Source of the DNA: a virus
Lineage: Duplodnaviria > Caudoviricetes
Length of the DNA stretch: 53,855 nucleotides
Strand: one strand, 5' to 3'
Virus record (IMG/VR): IMGVR_UViG_3300027771_000019
Location: 1-53,855 of that record
Position 1 is the stretch's first letter. Each line of letters opens with the position of its first letter. Shown here one piece after another: positions 9,622-18,932 of this stretch. Under the pieces are notes generated by a model. That model was not told the origin of the DNA, did not search any database, and worked only from the letters and a program-made list of their open reading frames with translations. A program made the translations under genes and the position numbers.

Positions 9622-10695
9622 CTATGCTGCGTTATAACGGGCAGTAACGATTGCTTCAGGACGAAGAATCTTACGACCGTATAGATGCATACCACGGACA
9701 ATGTCAGCGAAGCTGTCAGGGTCACGATATGATTCTGTCTTATTGATTTGCTCTGCGGTTGCTACAGAGGAATCATGTCCCGCCATAATAACACCAAAGT
9801 TAGTCAACTGGTTTGCTGTACCAGAAGTACCCGGTCCAGTGCCTACCGCTGGCAGGTTAGACGAAGAGTACACACGGAAACCGTGGAAGTTAGCTACAGC
9901 CAGACCGTTACGCAGTCCACCTGACTCACCGAAATCTGCATTCATGAAGCGTGAATCTTCATCAGCAAGAATTTCCATGAATACTGGATCTACAACCAGC
10001 CAGCGACCTTGTGAGTCAACTTGCTGTTGATCAAGCAAACGTTTCATACGAGCAATAACCATTGCTGGGGAAGCAGTAGCAGTCGGCAACGAGGTTGCTC
10101 CGGGCATACGTGCAGTCAGCGGGATGGAATGTGTACCAGCAGAAGTAGTAGTAATATTTCCAAAGTCACCTTTATGCAGTTGCATAGAAGCAAGCAATTC
10201 GTTAGCACCTGCACTAGTAACAGCTTTAGTACCATTAACACTGGTGTTCAAAGCATTAGCTTGTGCGTGTTGACTTGCCTGTGCGTAACCAGCCATGTAG
10301 CCAAGAACTTCTTGGTCATGGTTGTCAGCAAGACGGTATGCAGCACGGTTGGTTGCAAGGTCCATGAAGTTGACGTGGCTATGAGCTTCTTCAATGTCAT
10401 CCATTTTGAAAGCAAAGTAATTAGCTTTGTCAATTACGAGTGAGAAATCCTCATCGTCCAAATCCTGTGCGGTAACACTTGTACCACGGGAGTACGAACT
10501 TACTGAAATCTCAGGTTCTTTAATGATTTGTACGGTATCACCTTGCGATGAAATTTCACCCATATAATCAGAGTTTGTGATATCGCCACAAACAGTACTC
10601 TTGCGGAAAGCAAGCTGTACTTTTTTTGAGTAGATTACGGGGCTAAAATTACCGTTTGGTAGATTCCCATAACCTGATGTGGTTGCGAAAGCCAT
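9622..10695 (-). CDS. Major capsid protein
   Basis: FSPVIYSKKV...DYMGEISSQGDTV...FADIVRGMHLYGRKILRPEA signature; strong AGGAGG SD; follows scaffold. Confidence 0.9.
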   Translation of the reverse strand: MAFATTSGYGNLPNGNFSPVIYSKKVQLAFRKSTVCGDITNSDYMGEISSQGDTVQIIKEPEISVSSYSRGTSVTAQDLDDEDFSLVIDKANYFAFKMDDIEEAHSHVNFMDLATNRAAYRLADNHDQEVLGYMAGYAQASQHAQANALNTSVNGTKAVTSAGANELLASMQLHKGDFGNITTTSAGTHSIPLTARMPGATSLPTATASPAMVIARMKRLLDQQQVDSQGRWLVVDPVFMEILADEDSRFMNADFGESGGLRNGLAVANFHGFRVYSSSNLPAVGTGPGTSGTANQLTNFGVIMAGHDSSVATAEQINKTESYRDPDSFADIVRGMHLYGRKILRPEAIVTARYNAA

Positions 10696-10760
10696 AATAG
10701 ATCCTCCTATAAAGTTTAGGCTTTGTTGAGCTAAACAGTATAATAAAGAGGCTGAGTGTT

Positions 10761-10902
10761 TAGGGTGCGTAATTTAACTAATCGGCCAACTAGTTTGATA
10801 CGGGCCTAGACTTAATACAGGTAGTCTTTGTATTTTTGTTTGAGCTTTAGTGGGGGGTCAGTATAGAAGGTAGACCTTACGGTGGCTTCTTTTTACTAAC
10901 CC
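10761..10902 (-). ncRNA. Structured 5' leader of the capsid mRNA (three hairpins)
   Basis: Stems readable by eye at 10855-10902, 10814-10834 and 10761-10808. Confidence 0.6.
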
Positions 10903-10903
10903 T

Positions 10904-10932
10904 AGTTATACTAACAAATTTTACTTTGTCAA
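10904..10932 (-). promoter_or_regulatory. Sigma70-like promoter TTGACA-N16-TATAACT for the capsid operon
   Basis: Exact motif, repeated at 24751-24779 and 39328-39356. Confidence 0.8.
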
Positions 10933-10939
10933 TAGTATA

Positions 10940-11815
10940 TTAACGTGCAGAGCCAGATAAATCATAAATAAATTTACCAGACCTAATTGCAGCAGTGATT
11001 GCTTCTTCTTGCTTCTCATAGTCTTTAGCAGACATCTTAGCAATATCAGATTCTTTGTATGATCCAGCAGACTGATCTGCTTCAATCTTAGCCTTAGAAC
11101 CTTTCTTAACAGTCTTAGCAGCATTCTTACGATTAGCTGCATAGTCACTCTTAGTCATACCATTATCAACCTTGTACAAATCAATAACACGGATTACTGA
11201 GTCAGCATCATCTGAGTTTTCATAGAGGGCATTCTGTACCCACTTAGGTTGTTCATCAACCCAGTCATGAAAGTCATCAGCCTCACGTAGTTTGTCAAAG
11301 TCGGAGTGAGCTTTACGAATATTATCTTCAGCAGATGTACGAGAAATCTCAGCTTCTTTAGCATCTAGTTTCTGCAAACGATCTTCTGCTTTGTTGAACA
11401 TCTCTTGAGCTTTTTTAGCAGCGATTGTTTCTACAATACTAGCTACATCAGGGTACTCAGCAGCCCATGACTCAATGTCTTCATCAGACTTAGGTGGGCG
11501 AATGTTTTCTTCACCGAGACGGTTCTCTAGTGCAGCAAATTTTTCTTCCCATTCTTTTTCTTTCTGTTGCATGTGACGCCGTACATCACCATAACGTTTC
11601 TTAAAAGATTTTTCTTCACGACTAAGATCTTTGTCATCTACCTCTTGCTCTTCTTCAGAAGCTACCACTTCTTCTTCTTCTTTAACTTCTTCTGTACTAG
11701 CTTCAAGAGCTTCTAGTTCTTTCTCATCTTCTTCTATACGTTTACGATTACGATTAAAGTTAGGATTAACAAATCCCGCAATCTTTGGGGATTCCATTGT
11801 TTGTAGTTCAGGCAT
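10940..11815 (-). CDS. Capsid scaffolding protein
   Basis: Acidic coiled coil with FKKRYGDVRRH motif, directly upstream of the major capsid gene. Confidence 0.8.
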   Translation of the reverse strand: MPELQTMESPKIAGFVNPNFNRNRKRIEEDEKELEALEASTEEVKEEEEVVASEEEQEVDDKDLSREEKSFKKRYGDVRRHMQQKEKEWEEKFAALENRLGEENIRPPKSDEDIESWAAEYPDVASIVETIAAKKAQEMFNKAEDRLQKLDAKEAEISRTSAEDNIRKAHSDFDKLREADDFHDWVDEQPKWVQNALYENSDDADSVIRVIDLYKVDNGMTKSDYAANRKNAAKTVKKGSKAKIEADQSAGSYKESDIAKMSAKDYEKQEEAITAAIRSGKFIYDLSGSAR

Positions 11816-11863
11816 ATTTTTTCCTTTTATATTGGGGCCAGCCGTAGCTGGGTAGCCTTATTG

Positions 11864-13939
11864 TTACTTCTTCTTACGTTTAGTTATTAGACCACCTTTG
11901 TTTTTATTTTTACCTCTACTGCTAAATCTCGTACCAACGTTATTAGAGGTATTTGAGCTGTTACTAGTATTGCCACTTAATCTAGCACGTTCAGAAGAGC
12001 TGATAGGAGTAACTTCTCTAGTTATTGCTGAGGCTGGCAGCGGCCCATACTTGCGTGAAGCAAGAGGGTTGTTAAAATCAAATCCAGTTGAGCTTGATGT
12101 AGTACCATCTTTTTCTTCTGTTGAAATAATATTAGCTGTTGCACCTGCACCAGTAGGACCACCTCTATCTTCATCAGTGTAAATAATAGTATCTCTAAGT
12201 TCAGCCAGTTCTGCAGGATCAAAGTTAAATGCTTGACCTTTTCTTGGCCCCTCTTCAATTTTAAAACTTAAGTATTTATCTAAAGATTTCCACGCTGCTT
12301 TTTTAGTAATTCCTGTAAACATTGGGGCAGTTGTGGTTTTGCCTCTAGAGGTGGTCTGGACACTCTTACCTTCCACAGTTCCTTCTGACTGAGAGTCTTC
12401 CCAATTTTTAAAACCAAGATCTCTAGCATAACTATTTAATTTCCAATCTCCATTAGACAAAGAGGCAACAAGCCCTTTACCTAAAGAATCGCCTTTTCCA
12501 AAAAGTTGGTCTCCTATTTTTGCTAAGTCGCTGCCTTCTATTATTTGATCTCTAGCTTCTGCAAGCCTATAAGCAGCAGCCGCTTTAGAAATGCTTGATT
12601 TTTTATTTACAAGATCAAAAATTCCAAATGCTAATTGTATACCTGCGCCCTTGGGAACAAGGGGATTAATATCAGAAGTTCCTGAACCTTTATTAAACTG
12701 TTCTTTTATGTATTCTTCTGGATTAACTAGTGCTTTACCACCATCCTCTTCATACCATTTTTCTACTGGTGTTGTTTCAGGATCATCAGGAAGATCTCCT
12801 GCATTTGGATTATAACTTAAATTAACAGCACAGAGATAACCATTCCATAAAGTTCCTTCAGGACAACCCCCTACAGGTTCTTGACGAGCAACAGGTTCAG
12901 CCCCACCTGTAATCACAGGAGCAACAGGAGCAGGGGGTGCCATTGTTTGAGGTGCTGACATTGGTTGTGAACCATAGCCATAACCAAACCCACCACCCGG
13001 TGTATATGAAGGAGCAGTAACCGCTGCACCCTCAGCATACCCAGACATTAAACCACCAGCATTCATGTTACCCATCTCAGCATCAATCATTGCGTCAATG
13101 TCTTGCTCTGGTGCTTGAGCCATCTGCATCTGTGGGGGAATAGGTTCACCGCCTATTCTACCATCAACATCCATCTGTTGCAAGCCCTTTTTTGCTTCCA
13201 TGCGAATGTCTTCAAAGAATTTTACACCAAAGAAACGTACAACATCAGCAGGTACAACATACTCACCCTCAGATAGTCGTGCAGGGATGTCATCACGTAC
13301 CTCAACAGGGAGAGAACCGGGGGGTACATCATTGCCTGACACTGGGTCTCTTGTCTCAGCCTCGCCACCTAGAGCAAAAGCCATCTGTGTTTGGTTGTTC
13401 ATTGTTAAGCCTCCTTGGGCAAAGTCTTTTGGTTTTTTAGTTATGTATTCTTTAATTTCGTTTAAGACTGTTTTTTGTTTGGGGCTATAAAGATTGTTTT
13501 TTGTTTCTTCATCAAACTGATTAAAGACATAGCCTCTAAATAATTCGGGGTATCCTGTTCTTTCCGACCAAGAGTTAAAATCTCTTTGTTCATTAAAATT
13601 TTCTTTATGGTACTTGTACCTTTCTTTCATTATGTCTAAGGAAGTAGAGGTTTTAAAATCTTTATATTTTTCTGAAAGGTATTTATCTTTATTAACAATA
13701 TGATGAGAAATAATATCTCCTGCAATATCTTCAGGTCTTACATCTTTAAATATTTGCAACCCATACTCTTCTAAAGGTATGCCTTTAGGTCGGGGCATCT
13801 CTAAAGAACCAACTTCTCCCGGAGGAAAATGCTCTAGGTAATAAGGGCTATCTTCATTTGGTGTGTCTACTATTTTATAATCATATTTATTTAAAATAGG
13901 GTACATTTCTTTTGCAGCTTTATAACTACCCATCAGCAT
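11864..13939 (-). CDS. Virion-associated protein: variable N-terminal domain fused to a DDIPARLSEGEYVV domain; probable internal start at 13402
   Basis: ORF; AAGGAGG SD at 13410-13416 ahead of in-frame ATG at 13402; multiple xxGG motifs. Confidence 0.7.
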   Translation of the reverse strand: MLMGSYKAAKEMYPILNKYDYKIVDTPNEDSPYYLEHFPPGEVGSLEMPRPKGIPLEEYGLQIFKDVRPEDIAGDIISHHIVNKDKYLSEKYKDFKTSTSLDIMKERYKYHKENFNEQRDFNSWSERTGYPELFRGYVFNQFDEETKNNLYSPKQKTVLNEIKEYITKKPKDFAQGGLTMNNQTQMAFALGGEAETRDPVSGNDVPPGSLPVEVRDDIPARLSEGEYVVPADVVRFFGVKFFEDIRMEAKKGLQQMDVDGRIGGEPIPPQMQMAQAPEQDIDAMIDAEMGNMNAGGLMSGYAEGAAVTAPSYTPGGGFGYGYGSQPMSAPQTMAPPAPVAPVITGGAEPVARQEPVGGCPEGTLWNGYLCAVNLSYNPNAGDLPDDPETTPVEKWYEEDGGKALVNPEEYIKEQFNKGSGTSDINPLVPKGAGIQLAFGIFDLVNKKSSISKAAAAYRLAEARDQIIEGSDLAKIGDQLFGKGDSLGKGLVASLSNGDWKLNSYARDLGFKNWEDSQSEGTVEGKSVQTTSRGKTTTAPMFTGITKKAAWKSLDKYLSFKIEEGPRKGQAFNFDPAELAELRDTIIYTDEDRGGPTGAGATANIISTEEKDGTTSSSTGFDFNNPLASRKYGPLPASAITREVTPISSSERARLSGNTSNSSNTSNNVGTRFSSRGKNKNKGGLITKRKKK

Positions 13940-14120
13940 TAACCTTAAGTCTAAGTTGTTTCAAAGCTTGTAAGGCGTAGATCTGTCCCTGTACCCTAAA
14001 CATAACATGTTCTTCATTTGCTTGAGAGAATTGTTTGTAGCTGAGTTGGATACGTTCTTCAAGCTCTTCTTCAAAAGCTTTCCATGCTTCGGGGTTATTT
14101 ACTAACAGTTTTAAACTCAC
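13926..14120 (-). CDS. Small conserved protein downstream of portal
   Basis: MFRVQGQIYAL motif typical of post-portal small proteins; overlaps the portal stop. Confidence 0.65.
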   Translation of the reverse strand: MSLKLLVNNPEAWKAFEEELEERIQLSYKQFSQANEEHVMFRVQGQIYALQALKQLRLKVNADG

Positions 14121-16246
14121 TGCATTGGTCCTCCACCAGTGTTACCTGAGAAGCCCTGTTCTCCCGGCTGAGGGGCTGTGCCTGTACCTATGGTACCCCC
14201 ACCGCTGCCTTGAGTGTCTTGCACCTGTGCACCTGCTGGTGGCCCCTGTGGGGCTGCACCCGGTGGTTGGGGTGGTCCTGCCTGCGGAGGTGGTGGTGGT
14301 GTTGGATTCTCAGCTTTAAACTTCTTAAGAATCTCAGCTTGTATTGCAGCATCTGACATAGAGTTAGTCAGCTTGTCTGGGTCAAGGTCCATAGACTTAG
14401 CAATCTCACGGATAATATAATCCATTTTTGCAAAAGGTGCAAGTACAGGATTCTGTACAACTCCAAGGAATTGCATAAGACGTTGACTACGTACCTCGTT
14501 AGCCATAAGACTTTCAGTACCACGGGCTTTAACTTCAAGATCGCCTTTGATTTCTTTGTCATAGTCAAACTGCATATTGAAGTTAAAGAATGCTTTAGCT
14601 AGCGGTGCTAGTAAATAATCATCTACATTCTTAACTACATTTCGTATAGAACCATTAGCAGCAGACATAAGCATACTAATGCCAGAAGCCGTTCGTCCAA
14701 CACCTTGCACTCCTGTCTGCCCGTGAGCAAAGCTAGGGAACCCAGTAGATTCATCAGCTAGTACTCTGGCTTTATCAAACATCTGCATATTCTCATTGGA
14801 TACGTTAGGGAACTTAGTGCCAAAGATTGCCTGTCCGGGTGCACCACCTTGGCGACGAAAGACTTTGCCGGGATAGACAGAAAGATCTTGACCCGGAACT
14901 AAGTTAGTCTCATCTACTTCAATGAGCATGTTGCCTGATAGTGCAGCATTGTCCACAGCCATGCGCATAAAGCCATTCATCAAGGTTTGAGTGTCATCCA
15001 TGTTTTCAGCAATACCTACACCAAAAAGACTGTAAGGGCTTACTTCATAAGGTACTGCATAATATGGAATAATAGCAGGGGTAAACGGATTCATAACTAG
15101 ACGTAGTACTTTATTGTTACATACCCAGATGTTTACATTTACCTGATCCATATCAGACAACTCAGAAGGGATATCTACATCATGTCCCTCAAGAACATCT
15201 GTATCTACACTACCCCAGAACTCAAGGACTTCAAAGCGTTCTGCTTTAGATTCCTGAGCATCATCTTCCATTGCTTGTTCCCACCATTCTTTAACGTAGG
15301 ACTCTCCTGCTTCTATGGCAGTATCAATGGCATTGGCCCTAAAGAAAGGACGTTTCTTAAGAGACCTCATTTGGCTACGAGACATTTTATGGCGCTCAAC
15401 GATGTACTCAGCCTCATCCATGTTAGCAGCATCAGGGTCAGGGTAGAAGTTCCAAATAGAAACACTAGATGTTTGTGGGATAGTTTTAATTACTGGGTCA
15501 TACTCACCGCCATCGTTCCAATTAGGGTACTCTTTATCTATAGCAAACGGACCTTTCATAACACCTGTACCAAAGAGTGCGCATTCAAATGCAGCTACAC
15601 GTAACTGTTTGTTTGCATTAGACTCTTCTAGTTGGTCATGAATTTTCTTCTCCATCTTCTTAGCTGCAATCATTGCAGGATGGAAAGTAACCTGTGTAGG
15701 AGTAGTACCCACACCTTCTTTTAGTTCCTCCATTACTGGAAGCAATTTTTCAGTCAGTCCTGCAAGCCGCTCTTTAAGTTTTGGCCCAGTTTCTCCCGGA
15801 AGAAGTTTACTCTCTTCTAATGAAGGAGGTCTAGCTTTTTTAATCTCATCATTAGTTTCAAAATAAACTGACTCTTCTACACCTTCAGGTAAAACAGTAG
15901 GATCAACTGTAACTGGGAACTTATTATTTCCAAACAAAACTTCAATGATTTGTCCGTATGCAGCTAATACTTTTGTTTTAGTTACTTTAACAAATACCTG
16001 AGATTTTTCTGTAGAAGTAAACTGCACATCAGGTCCATATAAACCACGGTAATTCCTATATGCTTGAATCCAACGGGTTTCTTCTACCTCACGTGCATCA
16101 GATGCTTTTTTATAGTGTTTATGAACTAAAGAAACAATGCTACCAGCAAGGGGATCACTGTAGTTATCTTTCTTCATATCTTCTAAAGAACTTGCATCTT
16201 CGGTATCCATTACCATGCTTGTTTCAAAAATATCTTCTTCTTCCAT
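14117..16246 (-). CDS. Portal protein
   Basis: 709 aa, follows TerL; FECALFGTGVMK, WNFYPDP, RTASGISMLM motifs; Pro-rich C-terminus. Confidence 0.88.
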   Translation of the reverse strand: MEEEDIFETSMVMDTEDASSLEDMKKDNYSDPLAGSIVSLVHKHYKKASDAREVEETRWIQAYRNYRGLYGPDVQFTSTEKSQVFVKVTKTKVLAAYGQIIEVLFGNNKFPVTVDPTVLPEGVEESVYFETNDEIKKARPPSLEESKLLPGETGPKLKERLAGLTEKLLPVMEELKEGVGTTPTQVTFHPAMIAAKKMEKKIHDQLEESNANKQLRVAAFECALFGTGVMKGPFAIDKEYPNWNDGGEYDPVIKTIPQTSSVSIWNFYPDPDAANMDEAEYIVERHKMSRSQMRSLKKRPFFRANAIDTAIEAGESYVKEWWEQAMEDDAQESKAERFEVLEFWGSVDTDVLEGHDVDIPSELSDMDQVNVNIWVCNNKVLRLVMNPFTPAIIPYYAVPYEVSPYSLFGVGIAENMDDTQTLMNGFMRMAVDNAALSGNMLIEVDETNLVPGQDLSVYPGKVFRRQGGAPGQAIFGTKFPNVSNENMQMFDKARVLADESTGFPSFAHGQTGVQGVGRTASGISMLMSAANGSIRNVVKNVDDYLLAPLAKAFFNFNMQFDYDKEIKGDLEVKARGTESLMANEVRSQRLMQFLGVVQNPVLAPFAKMDYIIREIAKSMDLDPDKLTNSMSDAAIQAEILKKFKAENPTPPPPPQAGPPQPPGAAPQGPPAGAQVQDTQGSGGGTIGTGTAPQPGEQGFSGNTGGGPMQ

Positions 16247-16255
16247 ACTATTTCC

Positions 16256-17812
16256 TTAATAACCAAATGTTGGATCGCTAGCTTGAAAGCCACTGTTTTG
16301 TGAGGCTGGATCAAAATCAAATAGACTGCTTCTTGGTCTTGTCATTACTCCGTACCGCAAAGCATCGTATAGGTGGTCTTCTGAGTGTGTGTCTACGTCT
16401 TCTGGGTTGTTCTTGTCTAGTGGTATTGCTGGTATCTGAGAGATACTATTAGAACAAGTATTAAAAAATACTATCCTTGGCTCATCTGTGAAATCGTCTA
16501 CCTGCAATCGCCTGTGTATCTCGTTCTTTCCTGACACCCTAGAGCCTTTAGATCTGTCAGCAGGTCTCCAACGGCAACCCTTCATGATCATCTGTTCAGC
16601 AAGAGATGGGCCAGTATCACCACGATTATGCCACAAAGAAGAGTCAAGAACTCCATAACGTATTTTCTCCTCACCCTCAGCTTCCAGTATCATATCAGCT
16701 AGGTCAGTAGCTATGACCTTTGAGCAGTACATTTCTCTGTAAACAATCAGTTGCTCATCAGGTGCTACTGCCATCCAGAGTACTCCTGTATGAGAACCGT
16801 ACCCGTAGTCACATGCTCTAAACCTTGCCCAGCTTCTTGGTATATCAAAGGGTTCAATTACGTGTATGCTTCTATTCCACTCAGGGAAAGCTGCACCTTC
16901 ATTAATATCCCAGTTACCTTCAAGTAGTTGCTTGCGTTGGTGTTCTGGTAGTGACAGAAGGTTAGCCTCATAGAGACCATCATCTGCTAGGTAGGGGTTG
17001 TCAAACAAAGTAGCAGGTATAAACCTACGCTTAAACAATGGTTGACCTTCTTTAGTGTGTCCTTTAGGCCAAGAGATACGTTCGCCTGTCTCAGGATCAG
17101 TAGCATCAAAGCTTGTATTGTTTGGTGCTGGATCTACAAAGGTCTTCTTTACCCATTGATGTCCAGCTCCTCCGGGGTTAGTTGTGGCTCTTTGGTATAA
17201 ATCTAGGCCACTGTTCTTAGTTGTCCGAAGACGTGATCTCATATAATTCCAAGGGTAAGGGCTAGGCCATTGTGTAAGTTCATCAAAACCAATCCAGTTA
17301 AAAGCTTGTCCTTGGTATCTTTGTACATCATCGTCCCTATCTAAATATGATAACCATAGAGTAGCACCACTAGGAGCTACCCACGTCTTGTCCCGTTCCA
17401 TGAATTTGATTCCGGGGATTGCTCTGGGGTAGAGTTGTTTGGACACCGAGATAAGTTCTCTGAGTTCTTCTGTGCTTCTGCGAACAAGAAGCTTAGAAGA
17501 TAGTGGGTTATTAAAATACCTAACAGGATCGGCCAACATAGCAAAAGACTTACCACCGCCAGCCGCTCCTCCATATAGTACCTCCTGTTCTGATGCAGAC
17601 AAAAAGTCTGTCTGTGGTCCCGGATTTGATTGAAAGATTATGTCTTGAGCTTTACCAACATCAATCGGCTCTGGTTTCACTGTCGCTGGAACCGTCTTGA
17701 TTTCTGGCTCCGATACGGTTTCTTTCAAGGGTTTCCGCTTTTGCCGCCGCTTCTTTGTAGCGTTCAGCGTAATAGCGTTGCGTTGAAGCTTCTGCTTTAC
17801 GGTGTCGTTCAA
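16256..17812 (-). CDS. terL: Terminase large subunit (true start probably downstream of 17812)
   Basis: Walker A YGGAAGGGKS, Walker B IGFDE, ATTNPGG, nuclease DYGY and EDHLYDALRY. Confidence 0.95.
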   Translation of the reverse strand: MNDTVKQKLQRNAITLNATKKRRQKRKPLKETVSEPEIKTVPATVKPEPIDVGKAQDIIFQSNPGPQTDFLSASEQEVLYGGAAGGGKSFAMLADPVRYFNNPLSSKLLVRRSTEELRELISVSKQLYPRAIPGIKFMERDKTWVAPSGATLWLSYLDRDDDVQRYQGQAFNWIGFDELTQWPSPYPWNYMRSRLRTTKNSGLDLYQRATTNPGGAGHQWVKKTFVDPAPNNTSFDATDPETGERISWPKGHTKEGQPLFKRRFIPATLFDNPYLADDGLYEANLLSLPEHQRKQLLEGNWDINEGAAFPEWNRSIHVIEPFDIPRSWARFRACDYGYGSHTGVLWMAVAPDEQLIVYREMYCSKVIATDLADMILEAEGEEKIRYGVLDSSLWHNRGDTGPSLAEQMIMKGCRWRPADRSKGSRVSGKNEIHRRLQVDDFTDEPRIVFFNTCSNSISQIPAIPLDKNNPEDVDTHSEDHLYDALRYGVMTRPRSSLFDFDPASQNSGFQASDPTFGY

Positions 17813-18089
17813 GTTTAACTCTCTTCATTAGACCTACGTGAGAGATATATCTACCAGACTTCTCACTTAACCAGTTGGCTACATCTCTGTAGCTGTATTG
17901 CTTTAGAAACTTTTTAGCTTCTTCTAGTGTTTCTAGCTCTTCTGGGATTGGTAGTAGTATATCATTATCTTCAGGGTCTTGTCTATAGCCAAATGGAATT
18001 ACTCTGCCTACTCTAACAACTGACAGCCATTCATATCCGTTCTCATCCATTTCTGGCTTAGGTAGCTTCCAAGTTTTATTAATTTTCAT
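17661..18089 (-). CDS. DNA-binding protein (PFGY + HTH-like), packaging-associated
   Basis: IPFGY...SYRDVANWL...ISHVGL motif; lies upstream of and overlaps terL. Confidence 0.6.
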   Translation of the reverse strand: MKINKTWKLPKPEMDENGYEWLSVVRVGRVIPFGYRQDPEDNDILLPIPEELETLEEAKKFLKQYSYRDVANWLSEKSGRYISHVGLMKRVKLERHRKAEASTQRYYAERYKEAAAKAETLERNRIGARNQDGSSDSETRAD

Positions 18090-18441
18090 TGTTTTTAGGA
18101 GGTAAAATAAACACGGGGCTATCAGTCTTTACTTCTACTTTGTCAGTCTTAACAAAGCCAGCACGATCAAGGAAGTCTTTTGCTGCTGCCATCTTCTCTT
18201 TATTGCCAAGGTCAGTAGGGTTAGTCATTACCTGCATCATTGAGTATGCAGCTTTACTACCAGTAGCTGAGATAAACTTCTTAGTAAGATCGGCAATCTC
18301 ATCCTGCAGTACTGAAGTAATGCTAGTGGACGAAACATTGTCTGAGTATCCCGCAAGACGTTTAGCCCTCACAGGATCACCCTGTGCTGACTCAAATAGT
18401 ACGTCAAGAAATAGTTGTTGTTTTTCTGTAAGATTTCTCAT
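18079..18441 (-). CDS. Terminase small subunit-like protein
   Basis: LTEKQQLFL...AKRLAGYS N-terminal HTH typical of TerS; AAKDFLDRAG. Confidence 0.7.
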   Translation of the reverse strand: MRNLTEKQQLFLDVLFESAQGDPVRAKRLAGYSDNVSSTSITSVLQDEIADLTKKFISATGSKAAYSMMQVMTNPTDLGNKEKMAAAKDFLDRAGFVKTDKVEVKTDSPVFILPPKNNEN

Positions 18442-18515
18442 TCACACTCACATTTCTGGCAAGGACACTCACGATTTAATATTGCACATAGAATACGATT
18501 TAAATATTTTATCAT
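18438..18515 (-). CDS. 25-aa Cys-rich peptide MIKYLNRILCAILNRECPCQKCECE (not in ORF track)
   Basis: Manually translated; ATGA start/stop overlaps with both neighbours; AGGAAG upstream. Confidence 0.6.
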   Translation of the reverse strand: MIKYLNRILCAILNRECPCQKCECE

Positions 18516-18772
18516 GTTTTCTTCCTATAAGGTTTTACTTTGGCTGCAACTTTTTTCGGTTGAGCCACAAACTGCTTACCCTTAGCAGTGCCTTTTCGTT
18601 TGGCTCTAGTGGTAGAAGCATACTCAGAATCACTAAGAGACTTAATAGCTTTCTTAGGTAGGTATCTCTCACCTGTGGCCTTTGGCCCTTGTGTTGAGGG
18701 CTTGCCACTCTTAGTAGTCCACTTCTGCTTAGTCCAAGACTTAAGACTTTTTTGACTTTTTGCCAGCGCCAT
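18512..18772 (-). CDS. Small basic protein (DUF5872-like)
   Basis: SLKSWTKQKWTTKSGKPS...GERYLPKKAIKSLS. Confidence 0.65.
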   Translation of the reverse strand: MALAKSQKSLKSWTKQKWTTKSGKPSTQGPKATGERYLPKKAIKSLSDSEYASTTRAKRKGTAKGKQFVAQPKKVAAKVKPYRKKT

Positions 18773-18932
18773 CTGCTTTAGCCTTTGCTGTTTTACTTAG
18801 GTCTTTATAGTGAAATAACTTTACGCTTGTCTTACTGTGAGCCTTACCTGTATGGGAAGAACCGTCAGGCATTTTATGAGTACCACCCTTATGTTCAGTC
18901 CCGTCTTTCTTATAATGTTTTACGCCCTTCAT
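18741..18932 (-). CDS. Small basic His/Lys-rich protein
   Basis: HYKKDG..HKGGTHKMPDG motif; ATGA overlap with the upstream gene. Confidence 0.6.
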   Translation of the reverse strand: MKGVKHYKKDGTEHKGGTHKMPDGSSHTGKAHSKTSVKLFHYKDLSKTAKAKADGAGKKSKKS

